Below, in pieces: positions 35,900 through 47,200 of a stretch of DNA of 64,000 bases. Each line of letters begins with the position of its first letter. The stretch's first letter is position 1. The notes below the pieces were generated by a model that saw only the letters and a list, made by a program, of their open reading frames with translations, was not told the DNA's origin and ran no database searches. A program made the translations under genes and the position numbers. The DNA is from an uncultured Roseivirgaceae bacterium (lineage in GTDB: Bacteria > Bacteroidota > Bacteroidia > Cytophagales > Cyclobacteriaceae): positions 7,788 to 71,787 of the forward strand of contig CAZWQB010000001.1 in NCBI GenBank assembly GCA_964636035.1. Reading direction: 5' to 3'.

Positions 35900-38713
35900 T
35901 TATTTACTCAGGTATAAGTTTCTTTCGCCATAAATTTTAAGGAAATAGTCGTCCATCAAATCATCGATGAAATAGATTGCTTCGCCAGTAGATTTCATTT
36001 CAGGCCCTAGCTCCTTGTTGACGTTCGGAAACTTCTCAAACGAAAATACAGGAACCTTAATTGCATAACCTTTTTTAACCGGCTTGAAATCGAAATCCTT
36101 CACCTTCTTTTCGCCAAGCATTACCTTGGTAGCATAGTTCACATAAGGTTCCTGATATGCTTTACAAATAAAAGGTACGGTTCTGGACGCCCTCGGGTTT
36201 GCTTCTATGATATAAACTTTATCGTTTTTGATAGCAAACTGGATATTGATTAAACCTACTGTGTTCAGGGCCAGGGCAATTTTTTCAGTATATGATTCTA
36301 TCTGCCGTATTACAAAATCCCCCAGGTTATAGGGAGGTAAAACAGCATAAGAATCGCCTGAGTGAATTCCTGCAGGCTCAATATGCTGCATTATTCCAAT
36401 GATATAAACATTTTCGCCGTCGCAGATTGCGTCCGCCTCAGCCTCGATAGCACCATCAAGAAAGTGATCCAAAAGCACCTTGTTACCCGGAATATCGCGT
36501 AAAATATCAAGCACGTGCGTTTCCAGTTCCTGCTCATTGATCACGATTTTCATGCTTTGTCCTCCTAACACATAGGAAGGGCGCACCAAAAGCGGAAAGC
36601 CAATGGTTTTAGAAAGTTCCAGCGCACTGTCTGCATCTGTGATTACGCCAAATTCAGGATAAGGTATATCATTTTCTTTTAGCAGGTTAGAAAAACTGCC
36701 TCTGTCCTCCGCCAGGTCGAGCGACTCGTAGTTCGTTCCTATTATCTTGATACCATAGCGTTCCAGCTTCTCAGCCAGCTTTAGTGCAGTTTGCCCGCCC
36801 AATTGAACGATAACACCTTCCGGCTTTTCGTGAAGAATGATGTCATAAATATGCTCCCAAAATACCGGTTCAAAATACAATTTATCAGCAACATCAAAAT
36901 CTGTTGAAACCGTCTCAGGATTACAATTTATCATGATGGTTTCATAGCCGCATTCTTTTGCTGCCAAAACACCATGTACGCATGAGTAATCAAATTCGAT
37001 GCCTTGTCCAATCCTGTTTGGTCCGGAACCAAGCACTACTATCTTTTTCTTGTCGGAACGTACCGACTCGTTTTCATCTTCAAACGTAGAGTAGTAGTAC
37101 GGTGTGCTGGCTTCAAATTCTGCCGCACAGGTATCCACAATTTTAAACACTCTTTTGATCCCCAGTTCGTTTCGCTTATGGTAGATTTCGCTTTCAAGGC
37201 AATTCAACAAATGCGCAATCTGCCGGTCTGCGTAGCCCTTTTCTTTGGCTTCTCTCAACAATTTGTCAGGAATTGTTGCCAGGTCATATTTTTCGATTTC
37301 CCTTTCTAAAGCTACCAGTTCTTCTATTTGTTGAAGAAACCATTTGTCAATTTTGGTAATGTTCTCAATTGTCTTGAAAGCAATTCCCAACTTAAAGGCA
37401 TCGTAAATGTGAAAAAGCCTGTTCCAGCTAGGGTGCTTCAGGCTGTGTAATATTTCTTCCTGATTGGTCAGCTCTTTGCCATCTGCTCCCAATCCGTTTC
37501 TTTTTATTTCAAGTGACTGACAGGCTTTTTGCAGCGCTTCCTGAAAATTTCTGCCTATACCCATCACCTCACCAACCGATTTCATTTGCAGGCCCAACTC
37601 TCTGTCGGCTCCTTTAAATTTATCGAAATTCCAACGAGGGATTTTTACTATGACATAATCCAGTGCAGGTTCAAAATAAGCGGAAGTGGTTTTTGTGATC
37701 TGGTTATTCAGTTCATCCAGATTGTAACCTATCGCCAATTTTGCAGCAATTTTCGCAATAGGATAACCCGTGGCTTTAGAAGCCAGTGCGGAGGATCTTG
37801 ACACCCGTGGATTGATCTCGATTCCGACGATGTCGTCATTCTCCGGGTTTACTGCAAACTGAACATTACAACCACCTGCAAACTGTCCGATGCCATTCAT
37901 CATTTTGATGGCGAGATTCCGCATGTTTTGGTAAACCGTATCGGGCAGCGTCATGGCCGGAGCAACCGTAATGGAATCTCCAGTATGGATACCCATCGGG
38001 TCAAAGTTTTCGATTGAGCATATAATGATGATATTGCCCACGTTGTCGCGAAGCAATTCCAGTTCATATTCCTTCCAACCCATGATGCTTTGTTCAATAA
38101 GCACCTCGTGAATAGGGGAAGCATGAAGTCCGGATGTGAGTGCCTTTTCGAAGTTCTCAGGCTTCTCCACAAAGCCACCACCTGTTCCGCCCAATGTATA
38201 GGAAGGCCTTATTACCAAAGGAAAGCCTATTTCCTGTGCAATTTCTTTTCCTTGTAAAAATGATGTGGCGGTCGAACCTTTACACACATGAACATCCAGT
38301 TCATGCATTTTCAACCTGAATTTCTCCCGGTCTTCCGTAGTTTCGATGGCATCGATGTCAACGCCAATGATTCTTACACCAAATTTTTCCCAAATGCCTG
38401 CTTTATCACAATCAATAGCTAAATTGAGGGCGGTTTGTCCTCCCATGGTCGGCAATACCGCATCAATTTTATGTTTCTGCAGTATTTGGATAATAGACTT
38501 CTTTTCTAATGGAAGCAAATAGACATTATCGGCAGTTACATTATCAGTCATAATGGTGGCCGGGTTGGAATTGATCAGCGTCACTTCTATTCCTTCTTCT
38601 CTTAGTGAGCGTGAAGCCTGGGAACCAGCATAATCAAATTCACATGCCTGCCCAATTACAATGGGGCCACTACCGATGATTAGTACTGATTTAATGCTAT
38701 TATCTCTTGGCAT
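35900..38713 (-). CDS. carB: Carbamoyl-phosphate synthase large subunit
   Basis: 937 aa. N-terminus KSVLIIGSGPIVIGQACEFDYAGSQA and a second ATP-grasp half KKIVVLGSGPNRIGQGIEFDY. Confidence 0.95.
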   Translation of the reverse strand: MPRDNSIKSVLIIGSGPIVIGQACEFDYAGSQASRSLREEGIEVTLINSNPATIMTDNVTADNVYLLPLEKKSIIQILQKHKIDAVLPTMGGQTALNLAIDCDKAGIWEKFGVRIIGVDIDAIETTEDREKFRLKMHELDVHVCKGSTATSFLQGKEIAQEIGFPLVIRPSYTLGGTGGGFVEKPENFEKALTSGLHASPIHEVLIEQSIMGWKEYELELLRDNVGNIIIICSIENFDPMGIHTGDSITVAPAMTLPDTVYQNMRNLAIKMMNGIGQFAGGCNVQFAVNPENDDIVGIEINPRVSRSSALASKATGYPIAKIAAKLAIGYNLDELNNQITKTTSAYFEPALDYVIVKIPRWNFDKFKGADRELGLQMKSVGEVMGIGRNFQEALQKACQSLEIKRNGLGADGKELTNQEEILHSLKHPSWNRLFHIYDAFKLGIAFKTIENITKIDKWFLQQIEELVALEREIEKYDLATIPDKLLREAKEKGYADRQIAHLLNCLESEIYHKRNELGIKRVFKIVDTCAAEFEASTPYYYSTFEDENESVRSDKKKIVVLGSGPNRIGQGIEFDYSCVHGVLAAKECGYETIMINCNPETVSTDFDVADKLYFEPVFWEHIYDIILHEKPEGVIVQLGGQTALKLAEKLERYGIKIIGTNYESLDLAEDRGSFSNLLKENDIPYPEFGVITDADSALELSKTIGFPLLVRPSYVLGGQSMKIVINEQELETHVLDILRDIPGNKVLLDHFLDGAIEAEADAICDGENVYIIGIMQHIEPAGIHSGDSYAVLPPYNLGDFVIRQIESYTEKIALALNTVGLINIQFAIKNDKVYIIEANPRASRTVPFICKAYQEPYVNYATKVMLGEKKVKDFDFKPVKKGYAIKVPVFSFEKFPNVNKELGPEMKSTGEAIYFIDDLMDDYFLKIYGERNLYLSK

Positions 38714-38750
38714 TTTAGGATATCTCTTTTAGGGTCTGAAAATGGTTGCG

Positions 38751-38758
38751 CAAATTTA
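38751..38758 (-). promoter_or_regulatory. -7 promoter box TAAATTTG upstream of carB
   Basis: Exact TAnnTTTG match on the minus strand, about 38 nt upstream of the carB ATG. Confidence 0.4.
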
Positions 38759-39130
38759 GATGATAAAAAGGAGGAATCAAAAGTTGAATGGCATTTCAAG
38801 TTGATGAATTGGCCATACGTTAAAGCATCCCCGAAAATTTTTCGAAGGCCTACGAATGTTCGGTTCTGATACGGAATTTTTTCTTAAGGAATTTTGGCAG
38901 GCTACACAAGAATGGCAGTTAAAATATCCTTTCTACTGATGTTTATTGTATGGACGGTCCTTTCTTCATGAATTCTCTTCAAAAATATCAAACTACCAGC
39001 GAGAAAGTGGAAATCTCCAATTTTATTGAATCCTTACATTGTAATAATTAAAAATCTTGTAAACAGAAAATTTCCCTGATGTAGTCTATATTCACATTAT
39101 TAAATTTATTTTTAATTAGAAGGGAAAATT

Positions 39131-39385
39131 ATGGAAACCTTTAACTACGTAAAAGATGTTGTTGAAACCATCAGATTTCGGCACAGAAGAATGAAGGATG
39201 TATCTTCCGACATAGAATTATGTTATAAGAACAATGAAAATGTCCGTATCATTTACGACACAGATTCAGAGGAAAACAAGGACACAGTCTCTAAAATATG
39301 GAGAATTAGTGAAGATTCCATATTATTAACCAATTTAAAGATGATCCCGATCATCGCTATTAAAAAAGTAGAAATGGTAGCTTGA
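39131..39385 (+). CDS. Hypothetical 84-aa protein
   Basis: ORF only. No motif recognised. Isolated in a 0.8-kb gap between carB and lpdA. Confidence 0.35.
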   Translation: METFNYVKDVVETIRFRHRRMKDVSSDIELCYKNNENVRIIYDTDSEENKDTVSKIWRISEDSILLTNLKMIPIIAIKKVEMVA

Positions 39386-39455
39386 AGTACAATCGGCGGC
39401 TTAGGCCCTCAAAATGCTATCCATCCATATATTTTCTACACTCCCGGTATCAAAA

Positions 39456-39480
39456 ATGGTGCCCCCTCCGGAGGCACCAT
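39456..39480 (-). terminator. Rho-independent terminator after lpdA (end of the suc-lpd operon)
   Basis: ATGGTGCC-N9-GGCACCAT (8-bp perfect stem), followed on the minus strand by TTTTTG. Confidence 0.65.
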
Positions 39481-39532
39481 GTTAATACTTTATCCTGATC
39501 TAATACAAAAAAGCTTTAGCTAAAAGTGCTAT

Positions 39533-40930
39533 CTACACATGAATAGCCCGATTCTCTGACGCAGCAAGACAAGCCTCTTTAAGTGCTTCAGTATAGGTAG
39601 GGTGCGCATGTGACATCCTTGCCACATCCTCTGCAGACGCCCTGTACTCCATTGCCACGACTGCCTCCGCAATCATGTCCGCAGCGCGGGGTCCAATCAT
39701 ATGTACGCCAAGGATTTCGTCGGTCTTTTCATCTGCCAACACCTTTACCAAACCATCAGTATCCATACTCGCCCTTGCCCTTCCGGAAGCTTTGAATGGA
39801 AAGGATCCCGTTTTGTATTTTCTGCCTTTTTCTTTCAATTGCTCCTCGGTGTAGCCGACGCTTGCTACTTCCGGCCAGGTGTAAACGACACCCGGAATAA
39901 GCAAATAATTAATATGAGGCTTCTGACCTGCAAGTACTTCAGCTACAAACATTCCTTCCTCTTCGGCTTTGTGAGCCAGCATGGCACCTTTGATTACATC
40001 GCCAATCGCATAAATATTATCAACGCTGGTCTTCAGCATTTCATCCGTTTCTATTCTTCCAGCTTTGTCTGTCGAAAGGCCGACTTTGTCTAAACCCAAA
40101 CCTTCTGTATAGGGCCTTCTTCCAATAGAAACTAAACAATAATCTCCTTTCAATTCAATTTCTTCTCCTTTTTTATTCTCAGCTTTTACAACCACCTCGT
40201 CTCCCGTGCTTTCAACAGACGTAACTTTATGGCTTAACTTCGAATCAATGCCAAGCTTTTTACTCACTTTGAACAATTCTTTGCCCATTGTGCCGTCCAT
40301 GGTAGGTATCAGCTTGTCCAAATATTCCAATACGGTCACTTTAGCACCCAGCCGGGCATATACCGAGCCTAATTCCATCCCGATTACACCACCCCCGATT
40401 ACAATTAAATGTTTGGGAACTTCCTTTAATGACAAGGCTTCGGTGCTGCTTATGATCCTTTTTTTGTCAATTCGGGCGAATGGCAGGTCAGCAGGCTTAG
40501 AGCCTGTGGCAATGATCACCTTATCGGTATCTATCTCCTTGTCACCATCTTTTCCAGCTATTTTGATCTTATTTTTATTGAGAAAAGACCCAAAACCATT
40601 ATAAACATCCACTTTGTTCTTCTTCATCAAAAAGTCGATTCCCGCTGTTGTCTGATCTACAACCTCCTGTTTGCGCGAAACCATTTGACCAAAATTTACG
40701 CTTAGTCCTGAAAGCTCTATACCGTGCTCTTTGAAGTGCTTGCTTGCGTTATGATAATGCTCCGTAGAGTCAAGTAGTGCTTTGGAAGGTATACAACCTA
40801 CATTTAAACAAGTACCTCCTAAAGTATCATACTTTTCTACAAGGGCAGTTTTCATGCCTAGTTGTGCACATCTTATGGCTGCTACATAGCCTCCCGGACC
40901 TGAACCGATAACCGTGACGTCGTATTGCAT
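39533..40930 (-). CDS. lpdA: Dihydrolipoyl dehydrogenase (E3)
   Basis: GSGPGGY FAD fold, redox-active GGTCLNVGCIPSK, C-terminal HAHPT. Confidence 0.95.
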   Translation of the reverse strand: MQYDVTVIGSGPGGYVAAIRCAQLGMKTALVEKYDTLGGTCLNVGCIPSKALLDSTEHYHNASKHFKEHGIELSGLSVNFGQMVSRKQEVVDQTTAGIDFLMKKNKVDVYNGFGSFLNKNKIKIAGKDGDKEIDTDKVIIATGSKPADLPFARIDKKRIISSTEALSLKEVPKHLIVIGGGVIGMELGSVYARLGAKVTVLEYLDKLIPTMDGTMGKELFKVSKKLGIDSKLSHKVTSVESTGDEVVVKAENKKGEEIELKGDYCLVSIGRRPYTEGLGLDKVGLSTDKAGRIETDEMLKTSVDNIYAIGDVIKGAMLAHKAEEEGMFVAEVLAGQKPHINYLLIPGVVYTWPEVASVGYTEEQLKEKGRKYKTGSFPFKASGRARASMDTDGLVKVLADEKTDEILGVHMIGPRAADMIAEAVVAMEYRASAEDVARMSHAHPTYTEALKEACLAASENRAIHV

Positions 40931-41038
40931 AATGTTGTATTTTAAATCCTAAAACAGTCGAACAGGCTATCTCAGGAAAAAGATTTAAAGATTAATTGTT
41001 TCAAAAATCATTTAAGTTTAAAAACATTTCCTTCTGAT

Positions 41039-42616
41039 CTAAACGCCTATTAGCAGACGGGTAGGATCTTCCAACAATTGCTTTACTCTGACAAGGAAGC
41101 TCACGGATTCGCGGCCATCAATTATTCGGTGATCGTAAGACAGCGCCAGATACATCATAGGCCGCACTACGATTTCACCATTTACCACCACCGGACGCTC
41201 AACAATATTGTGCATACCTAAAATAGCAGACTGCGGCGCATTAATGATCGGCGTAGACATCATTGAACCAAAAATACCTCCATTTGTGAGGGTGAATGTA
41301 CCGCCTGTCATTTCTTCAATACTCAGCTTTCCATCTCTTGCTTTTCCAGCAAGTCTCACAACTTCCTTCTCTATTCCTTCGAAAGATAGCTTCTCTGCAT
41401 TTCGGATAACCGGCACTACCAGCCCTTTTGGAGAAGATACGGCTATTGAAATGTCACAAAAATCATTGAAAACCATTTCTTCACCATCAATCATGGCATT
41501 TACAGCAGGCCACTCCTGCAAGGCAACGCACGCAGCCTTTGTGAAAAATGACATGAAACCCAGACCAACTTCAAATTTTTCCTTGAATTGATCTTTATAC
41601 TTTTTTCTAAGATCCATGATCGGTTTCATATCGACCTCATTAAAGGTCGTGAGCATGGCTGTCTCATTTTTTACCGTTACCAGGCGTCTTGCAACTGTCT
41701 TTCGCAGACTGGACATCTTTTGCCTTGTCTGATTTCTGTCGCCCGTGGCAGGAGACTGAGGCGCTTCTTTCGCAGCCTCCGCTTTTGCAGATGGTTTAGC
41801 TTCTGCCTTTTTGGATTCGGCTTCGGCTTTTAATGCGTCTTCTTTGGTTATTCTCCCGTCTACTCCTGATCCTTTTACAACATCCGCTTTAATGCCTTTT
41901 TCAGCAAGTATTTTGGCTGCTGCCGGCGAAGCATGCCCTGTAGCATAGGTTTCGTTCATGGGGTTTTCTCTTCCATCTTCATCCTCCTCATCCGGTTCTG
42001 CTTCTACCGACTTTTGTCCGGATTTGGTTTCTGTTACTTCAATCTTGCAGATTAAAGCGCCAATCTCAAGTGTATCACCCTGCTGTGCCACAATTTGGAG
42101 CTTTCCCTGCCCTTCAGCTGTTAATTCGAAAGTTGCTTTATCAGATTCTATTTCAGCAATTGCTTCATCGAGCATCACTTCATCTCCGTCTGATTTTAGC
42201 CATGAGCCGATTGTAACCTCGGTTATGGATTCGCCCACCGCAGGCACATACATTTCAAGCACTTCGTTTCCAGCGTCACTTACCCGCGACTTTACCTCTG
42301 GTCCCGTTGATTGAGTAGCTGCTTTTTCATTTTCAGATCCCTGACCCGATGCTTTTTCTTTCCCTTGATCAGTTCCTGCCGAACCCTCTTCTATTTCGCA
42401 GATTTCAGCTCCTATCTCTAACGTATCTCCTTCCTGGGCTTTGATCCTCAAAATTCCGGCGGCTTCTGCAGGCACTTCAAAAGTGGCTTTATCAGATTCC
42501 AGTTCACAAATTATCTCGTCCAATGCCACCTCATCACCATCTTTCTTCAACCATTGGGCAATTGTGACCTCGGTAATCGATTCTCCTACCTGAGGTACCT
42601 TCATTGTTTTGCTCAT
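41039..42616 (-). CDS. sucB: Dihydrolipoyllysine-residue succinyltransferase (E2) with two lipoyl domains
   Basis: Two lipoyl-lysine motifs ([26 protein letters not shown]), Ala/Glu/Lys linkers, and catalytic [11 protein letters not shown]. Confidence 0.9.
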   Translation of the reverse strand: MSKTMKVPQVGESITEVTIAQWLKKDGDEVALDEIICELESDKATFEVPAEAAGILRIKAQEGDTLEIGAEICEIEEGSAGTDQGKEKASGQGSENEKAATQSTGPEVKSRVSDAGNEVLEMYVPAVGESITEVTIGSWLKSDGDEVMLDEAIAEIESDKATFELTAEGQGKLQIVAQQGDTLEIGALICKIEVTETKSGQKSVEAEPDEEDEDGRENPMNETYATGHASPAAAKILAEKGIKADVVKGSGVDGRITKEDALKAEAESKKAEAKPSAKAEAAKEAPQSPATGDRNQTRQKMSSLRKTVARRLVTVKNETAMLTTFNEVDMKPIMDLRKKYKDQFKEKFEVGLGFMSFFTKAACVALQEWPAVNAMIDGEEMVFNDFCDISIAVSSPKGLVVPVIRNAEKLSFEGIEKEVVRLAGKARDGKLSIEEMTGGTFTLTNGGIFGSMMSTPIINAPQSAILGMHNIVERPVVVNGEIVVRPMMYLALSYDHRIIDGRESVSFLVRVKQLLEDPTRLLIGV

Positions 42617-42787
42617 AATATTTTTTTTGCTTTGGTTAACAGCCTTTACAAAGGGAATAAATGTTTTGAAATAACACCGTATGCGACGTCAAGTTAATTT
42701 ATATCCCTTTATAATCATTATTTCAAACTAAATTTTTTGAATAAAATTTGTCTCCCCCGGAAGGAATACTATTACTACAAATGCATT

Positions 42788-45544
42788 TTATGCAAAAGCC
42801 TTATTAATCAATTCTTCCTGTTCCTTTTTGTGCATTTTGCCGTACCCGGTGGCCGGAGACGCTGTTGCTTTTCGGGAGATCACGTCCACCGCCGGATTAC
42901 GCATTGTTCGTAAAAGGAAAGTCCAGGCGCCCATATTTTCGGGCTCTTCCTGTACCCAAAACAGTTGTGCATCCTTATATTTAGCCAGAATATCGTCCAC
43001 CTGGCGTTTAGGGAAAGGATATAGCTGTTCAATTCTGACAATGGCTATATCTGTGCGCCTCGTTTCTTCCTGCTTTTCCAACAGCTCATAATAAATTTTT
43101 CCTGTACACACCAAAACCTTCTTTATTTCCTTGGGATTTGCATTCGGATCGTCAATTACTTCTCTAAATCTACCGGAAAGGAATTCTTCTTTAGGCGATT
43201 CCACCCGTGGATGTCTTAATAAAGATTTGGGCGACATGACGACACAAGGCATTCTAAATGGCATGGCCAACTGCCTTCGGAGTAGATGGAAGAAGTTGGA
43301 TGGCTGTGTAATGTTTACTACAAACATGTTGTATCCAGCTGCCATTTGAAGAAAACGTTCAGGCCGCGCATTGGAGTGTTCCGGACCTTGTCCTTCATAA
43401 CCATGTGGCAACAATAAGACCAGGCCGTTCATTCTTTGCCACTTTGTATAAGAGCATGTAATAAACTGGTCTATCATTACCTGCGCACCATTGGCAAAGT
43501 CACCAAATTGTGCCTCCCAGATCGTAAGCGCGTTTGGGTTGGCCAGTGCATAACCAAATTCAAAACCTAAAGCCCCAAACTCTGATAACAGGGAATTGTA
43601 CACCCTGAATTTTTCCTGCCCTTCCTCAATATGATTCAGGCTATTGTAAGCTTCATTGGTATTGACATCATGAATAACCGAATGCCTGTGAGAAAAAGTA
43701 CCTCTTTGCGTATCCTGACCAGAGAGACGGACAATTTTCTTTTCCAAAAGAATAGAGCCGTAAGCCATCAATTCTGCGGCTGCCCAGTTCAATTGTTTGG
43801 TATTGAAGAAAATATCTTTCCTCTGCTTGAACTGCTTTTCTATTTGCTTAATGGGCTTGAAGCCCTTTGGAAGTGTGGTAAGTGCTTTGGCTACTTTTTC
43901 GAAAGCTTTCTCTTCTATTCCAGTCTCCGGAGACTGGTCAAAATCTTCTGGTTCCGATTTCCTTAAAACATGCCACTCCTTCTCCATTTGCTGATAATTG
44001 TACGGCAGCGGCTTTTGCTTCACCAAATTAAGCCTGGCCTGAAGCAGATCCCTGAATTCCTTGTCCATGTTTTCAGCCAGCTCGGCATCTACATGTCCTC
44101 TGTCTATCAGACTTCTGTTATAAACCTCACGAGGATTTGGGTGCTTTGAAATTTTATTATAAAGTGATGGTTGCGTGAATTTCGGCTCGTCACTTTCGTT
44201 GTGGCCATGCCTTCTGTAGCAAACCATGTCGATGAAAATGTCCCTACCGAACTTCTGCCTGAATTCTGTTGCCAGGTTCACACAAAATATGACAGCCTCG
44301 GGATCATCGCCATTCACATGAAGTACCGGCGCATCAATGGTTTTTGCCACGTCAGTACAGTAGATACTGGATCGGGCATCATCAAAATCGGTGGTAAATC
44401 CAACCTGGTTATTAATTACGAAGTGAATGGTTCCTCCAGTGTAATAGCCTTCCAGCTTTGACATTTGCGCAATCTCATAAACAATTCCCTGTCCGGCTAT
44501 GGCCGCGTCTCCATGAATAAGAATCGGAAGTACTTTTTTAGGATCTTTGTACTGCTTGTCTATTTTAGCCCTGAGGAAACCTTCCACCACGGGATTTACA
44601 GCTTCCAGATGCGATGGGTTTGGAGCAAGCTTCAAATTCACTACGTTGCCACCTTCGCAGGTAATTTCGCTGGAGAAGCCCATGTGATACTTCACATCGC
44701 CATCTCCCATAGTAAGGTCTGGTTCGGCGGTACCTTCAAATTCCGTAAAGATCTGCTCATAGGTTTTGCCCATGATATTCGCTAGCACATTCAGACGGCC
44801 CCGGTGCGCCATGCCAATCATGACTTCTTCCACGCCCAAAGACGCTCCTTTATTAATAATTGCGTCTAATGCAGGAATGGTCGTTTCGCCTCCCTCTAAA
44901 GAAAAACGCTTCTGCCCTAAATATTTGGTATGAAGAAAATTCTCAAAGACAACGGCCTCGTTAAGTTTGGAGAGAATTCTTTTTTTCTGTTCCAGCGGAG
45001 GATTGAAGTTGAGCGACTCTTTTTCTGATTTGGCTTTGAACCACTCAAGAATTTCCGGCTCTCGAATGTACATGTATTCGAAGCCTACTGTACCTTCGTA
45101 GATCAGCTTTAGAGAATCCACTATTTTTTGAAGGGTTGCTCTTCCAATGCCGATGATTTTTCCCACTTCGAATTCAGTGTTCAAATCAGCATTGCTCAAT
45201 CCAAAATCTTCCAGGTCAAGCAGGGCCTTGCGGTCCTTTCTTTCTCTTACCGGATTGGTTTTTGCCCTGAGGTGACCTCGGGTACGGTATGCATGAATTA
45301 AATGCCGTACCTTTATTTCATTGTCGAAATGTGCGGAGGAAACGGAATCTCCCGCTTCTGTTTGCAAAGGCGCTGTTGAGGCAGTCGAAGTACCGTTACT
45401 ACTTCCGTTAAGCTGCGCAAATTCAAAACCTTCAAAGAATTTCTGCCAGGACTCATCCAGAGCAGAAGGATTCTGTTTATATGTTTGATACAACTCGTCC
45501 AGATAATTTCCGTGGGCGTTTGATATATATGAATACTTGTCCAT
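42788..45544 (-). CDS. sucA: 2-oxoglutarate dehydrogenase E1 component
   Basis: 918 aa. YRTRGHLRAKTNP, MGMAHRGRLNVL and GDAAIAGQG are typical of SucA. Upstream of sucB and lpdA on the same strand. Confidence 0.95.
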   Translation of the reverse strand: MDKYSYISNAHGNYLDELYQTYKQNPSALDESWQKFFEGFEFAQLNGSSNGTSTASTAPLQTEAGDSVSSAHFDNEIKVRHLIHAYRTRGHLRAKTNPVRERKDRKALLDLEDFGLSNADLNTEFEVGKIIGIGRATLQKIVDSLKLIYEGTVGFEYMYIREPEILEWFKAKSEKESLNFNPPLEQKKRILSKLNEAVVFENFLHTKYLGQKRFSLEGGETTIPALDAIINKGASLGVEEVMIGMAHRGRLNVLANIMGKTYEQIFTEFEGTAEPDLTMGDGDVKYHMGFSSEITCEGGNVVNLKLAPNPSHLEAVNPVVEGFLRAKIDKQYKDPKKVLPILIHGDAAIAGQGIVYEIAQMSKLEGYYTGGTIHFVINNQVGFTTDFDDARSSIYCTDVAKTIDAPVLHVNGDDPEAVIFCVNLATEFRQKFGRDIFIDMVCYRRHGHNESDEPKFTQPSLYNKISKHPNPREVYNRSLIDRGHVDAELAENMDKEFRDLLQARLNLVKQKPLPYNYQQMEKEWHVLRKSEPEDFDQSPETGIEEKAFEKVAKALTTLPKGFKPIKQIEKQFKQRKDIFFNTKQLNWAAAELMAYGSILLEKKIVRLSGQDTQRGTFSHRHSVIHDVNTNEAYNSLNHIEEGQEKFRVYNSLLSEFGALGFEFGYALANPNALTIWEAQFGDFANGAQVMIDQFITCSYTKWQRMNGLVLLLPHGYEGQGPEHSNARPERFLQMAAGYNMFVVNITQPSNFFHLLRRQLAMPFRMPCVVMSPKSLLRHPRVESPKEEFLSGRFREVIDDPNANPKEIKKVLVCTGKIYYELLEKQEETRRTDIAIVRIEQLYPFPKRQVDDILAKYKDAQLFWVQEEPENMGAWTFLLRTMRNPAVDVISRKATASPATGYGKMHKKEQEELINKAFA

Positions 45545-45567
45545 TAAAGTTTTTATTTAAGATAATA

Positions 45568-45575
45568 CAAAAGTA
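45568..45575 (-). promoter_or_regulatory. -7 promoter box TACTTTTG upstream of sucA
   Basis: Exact TAnnTTTG match on the minus strand, about 24 nt upstream of the sucA ATG. Confidence 0.35.
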
Positions 45576-45946
45576 GATAAACTTTCAAATACAATAAAAC
45601 CGTACATACGCATACACAAATATAGAGGATTGCAAAGGTTTGTTACCGGCATTTTATCAAAAACCCGATCTATGTAACATTTTAACAACAGTTGCAATTT
45701 CTCATTGTTTATTTAATCCAAGAAGCCAGGGTTTACGAGGCAGAACACTAATATGTTGGGCATTTTTTACACCCCGATTACTGCGTCTTGTCTGAAGCAT
45801 TCAGAGGGCGCTGATCCTCACATACGGACATCCTGCCTCGGCGGGAATTAAGGGACGGCTGCTTCTTTTTCAAACCACTTTCTCGACTATAGATCAGCGC
45901 TTGTAAAATTTCCGATTGAAGCGTCAAAAAAGTGCAAAAGAATGCT

Positions 45947-45954
45947 TAAGTTTG
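45947..45954 (+). promoter_or_regulatory. -7 promoter box TAAGTTTG upstream of rpsP
   Basis: Exact TAnnTTTG match 49 nt upstream of the rpsP ATG. Confidence 0.45.
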
Positions 45955-46002
45955 CAAACTTATTGATGGACGGGTTCCATTAAAAATAAATTAATTTAAA
46001 AA

Positions 46003-46662
46003 ATGGCAGTAAAAATTAGATTAGCGCGTCGAGGACGCAAAAAGATGGCAATTTACGATGTAGTCGTAGCAAATTCCACCGCACCACGAGATGGTCGTTT
46101 CATTGAAAAAATCGGAGTTTATAATCCTGCAAGCAATCCGGCTCACATTGAGCTGAATGATGAAAAAGCTTTCCAGTGGATTATGAATGGGGCACAGCCC
46201 ACTGATACCGTAAAAGCAATGTTATCCTACAGAGGCATCCTTTTAAAGAAGCATCTTCAAATTGGTGTTCTTAAAGGAGCTATTACTCAGGAGCAGGCGG
46301 ATGCGCGTTTCCAGGAATGGCAGGATGCAAAAGAAGCAAAAATAACAGGCAAGAAAGATACGCTTGCTCAGAAGAAAGAAGCTGAAGCCAAAGCCAGAAG
46401 AGAAGCTGAAGCCAAGGTGAAAGAAGCCAGAGCTGAAGCTTTGAGAAAGAAAAATCAGGTTGAAGAGCCTGCAGCAGAAGCAGAAGCAACGGAAGCAGAA
46501 GCAACGGAAGCGCCCGCTGAAGCAGCAGGAGAAGCTACTCCGGAAGCAGCCGCACCTGAGTCTGAAGCAAAAGCAGCAGAGGCGACCAACGAGGCTCCTG
46601 ATGATCCTTCAAAAGCTCCTGAATCCGGCGATAAACTTCCGGAAGAAGATAGCAAACAATAG
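46003..46662 (+). CDS. rpsP: 30S ribosomal protein S16 with a long acidic Ala/Glu-rich C-terminal tail
   Basis: [23 protein letters not shown] core (about 85 aa), then about 130 aa of K/E/A-rich low-complexity sequence. Confidence 0.9.
   Translation: MAVKIRLARRGRKKMAIYDVVVANSTAPRDGRFIEKIGVYNPASNPAHIELNDEKAFQWIMNGAQPTDTVKAMLSYRGILLKKHLQIGVLKGAITQEQADARFQEWQDAKEAKITGKKDTLAQKKEAEAKARREAEAKVKEARAEALRKKNQVEEPAAEAEATEAEATEAPAEAAGEATPEAAAPESEAKAAEATNEAPDDPSKAPESGDKLPEEDSKQ
46480..46509 (+). repeat. Perfect 2 x 15-bp tandem repeat (GCAGAAGCAACGGAA) inside the S16 tail
   Basis: Read directly from the sequence. Encodes [10 protein letters not shown]. Confidence 0.9.
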
Positions 46663-46670
46663 TATTTCGT

Positions 46671-47198
46671 ATGGATTTCGAAGCATGTTTCCAGTTAGGG
46701 TATGTTTCTAAAGTCCATGGACTAAAAGGAGAAGTACAGGCATTTCTTGATGTGGATGTGCCTGAAAATTATAATAAACTGGAATCAGTCTTTGTTGACA
46801 TAGACAACAAACTGATTCCTTTTTTTATTGAAAAAATCGCGGTCACGGAAAATAAGGCTGTAATAAAATTTGAAGAGGTGGATACCGTGGAGGCCGCAGA
46901 TGCACTCAAGAATAAGAGGCTTTATCTTCCTCTCCATACATTGCCCAAGCTACCGCACGACCAGTTTTACTACCACGATATTATAGGTTATCAGGTGGTT
47001 GACGAGGCTGAGGGGCCTTTAGGAACAGTAGCCACCATTTACAACCTGCCTCACCAGGACCTGATTGCCATGCAGTACAACAGCAGGGAAGTACTAATTC
47101 CCATTATTGACGACATTGTAAACTCAGTCAATCACGAGCACAAAGAGGTCATGGTATTGCTGCCCGAGGGACTGCTTCAAATATATCTGGAGGATTGA
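46671..47198 (+). CDS. rimM: 16S rRNA processing protein RimM
   Basis: 175 aa. [14 protein letters not shown]-terminus and a PRC-barrel C-terminus. Conserved rpsP-rimM-trmD order. Confidence 0.85.
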   Translation: MDFEACFQLGYVSKVHGLKGEVQAFLDVDVPENYNKLESVFVDIDNKLIPFFIEKIAVTENKAVIKFEEVDTVEAADALKNKRLYLPLHTLPKLPHDQFYYHDIIGYQVVDEAEGPLGTVATIYNLPHQDLIAMQYNSREVLIPIIDDIVNSVNHEHKEVMVLLPEGLLQIYLED

Positions 47199-47200
47199 TC

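Noticed and set aside
45857-45865. GAAGCAGCC on the minus strand resembles the SRP (4.5S) RNA domain IV motif
   Set aside because: There is no GGAA tetraloop or symmetric-loop partner sequence, and the surrounding helix cannot be drawn.
46260-46662. Very long Ala/Glu/Lys-rich tail on ribosomal protein S16 with a 15-bp tandem repeat
   Set aside because: As far as I know, extended S16 C-termini are a common lineage feature of Bacteroidota. The repeat is simple slippage in a low-complexity region.
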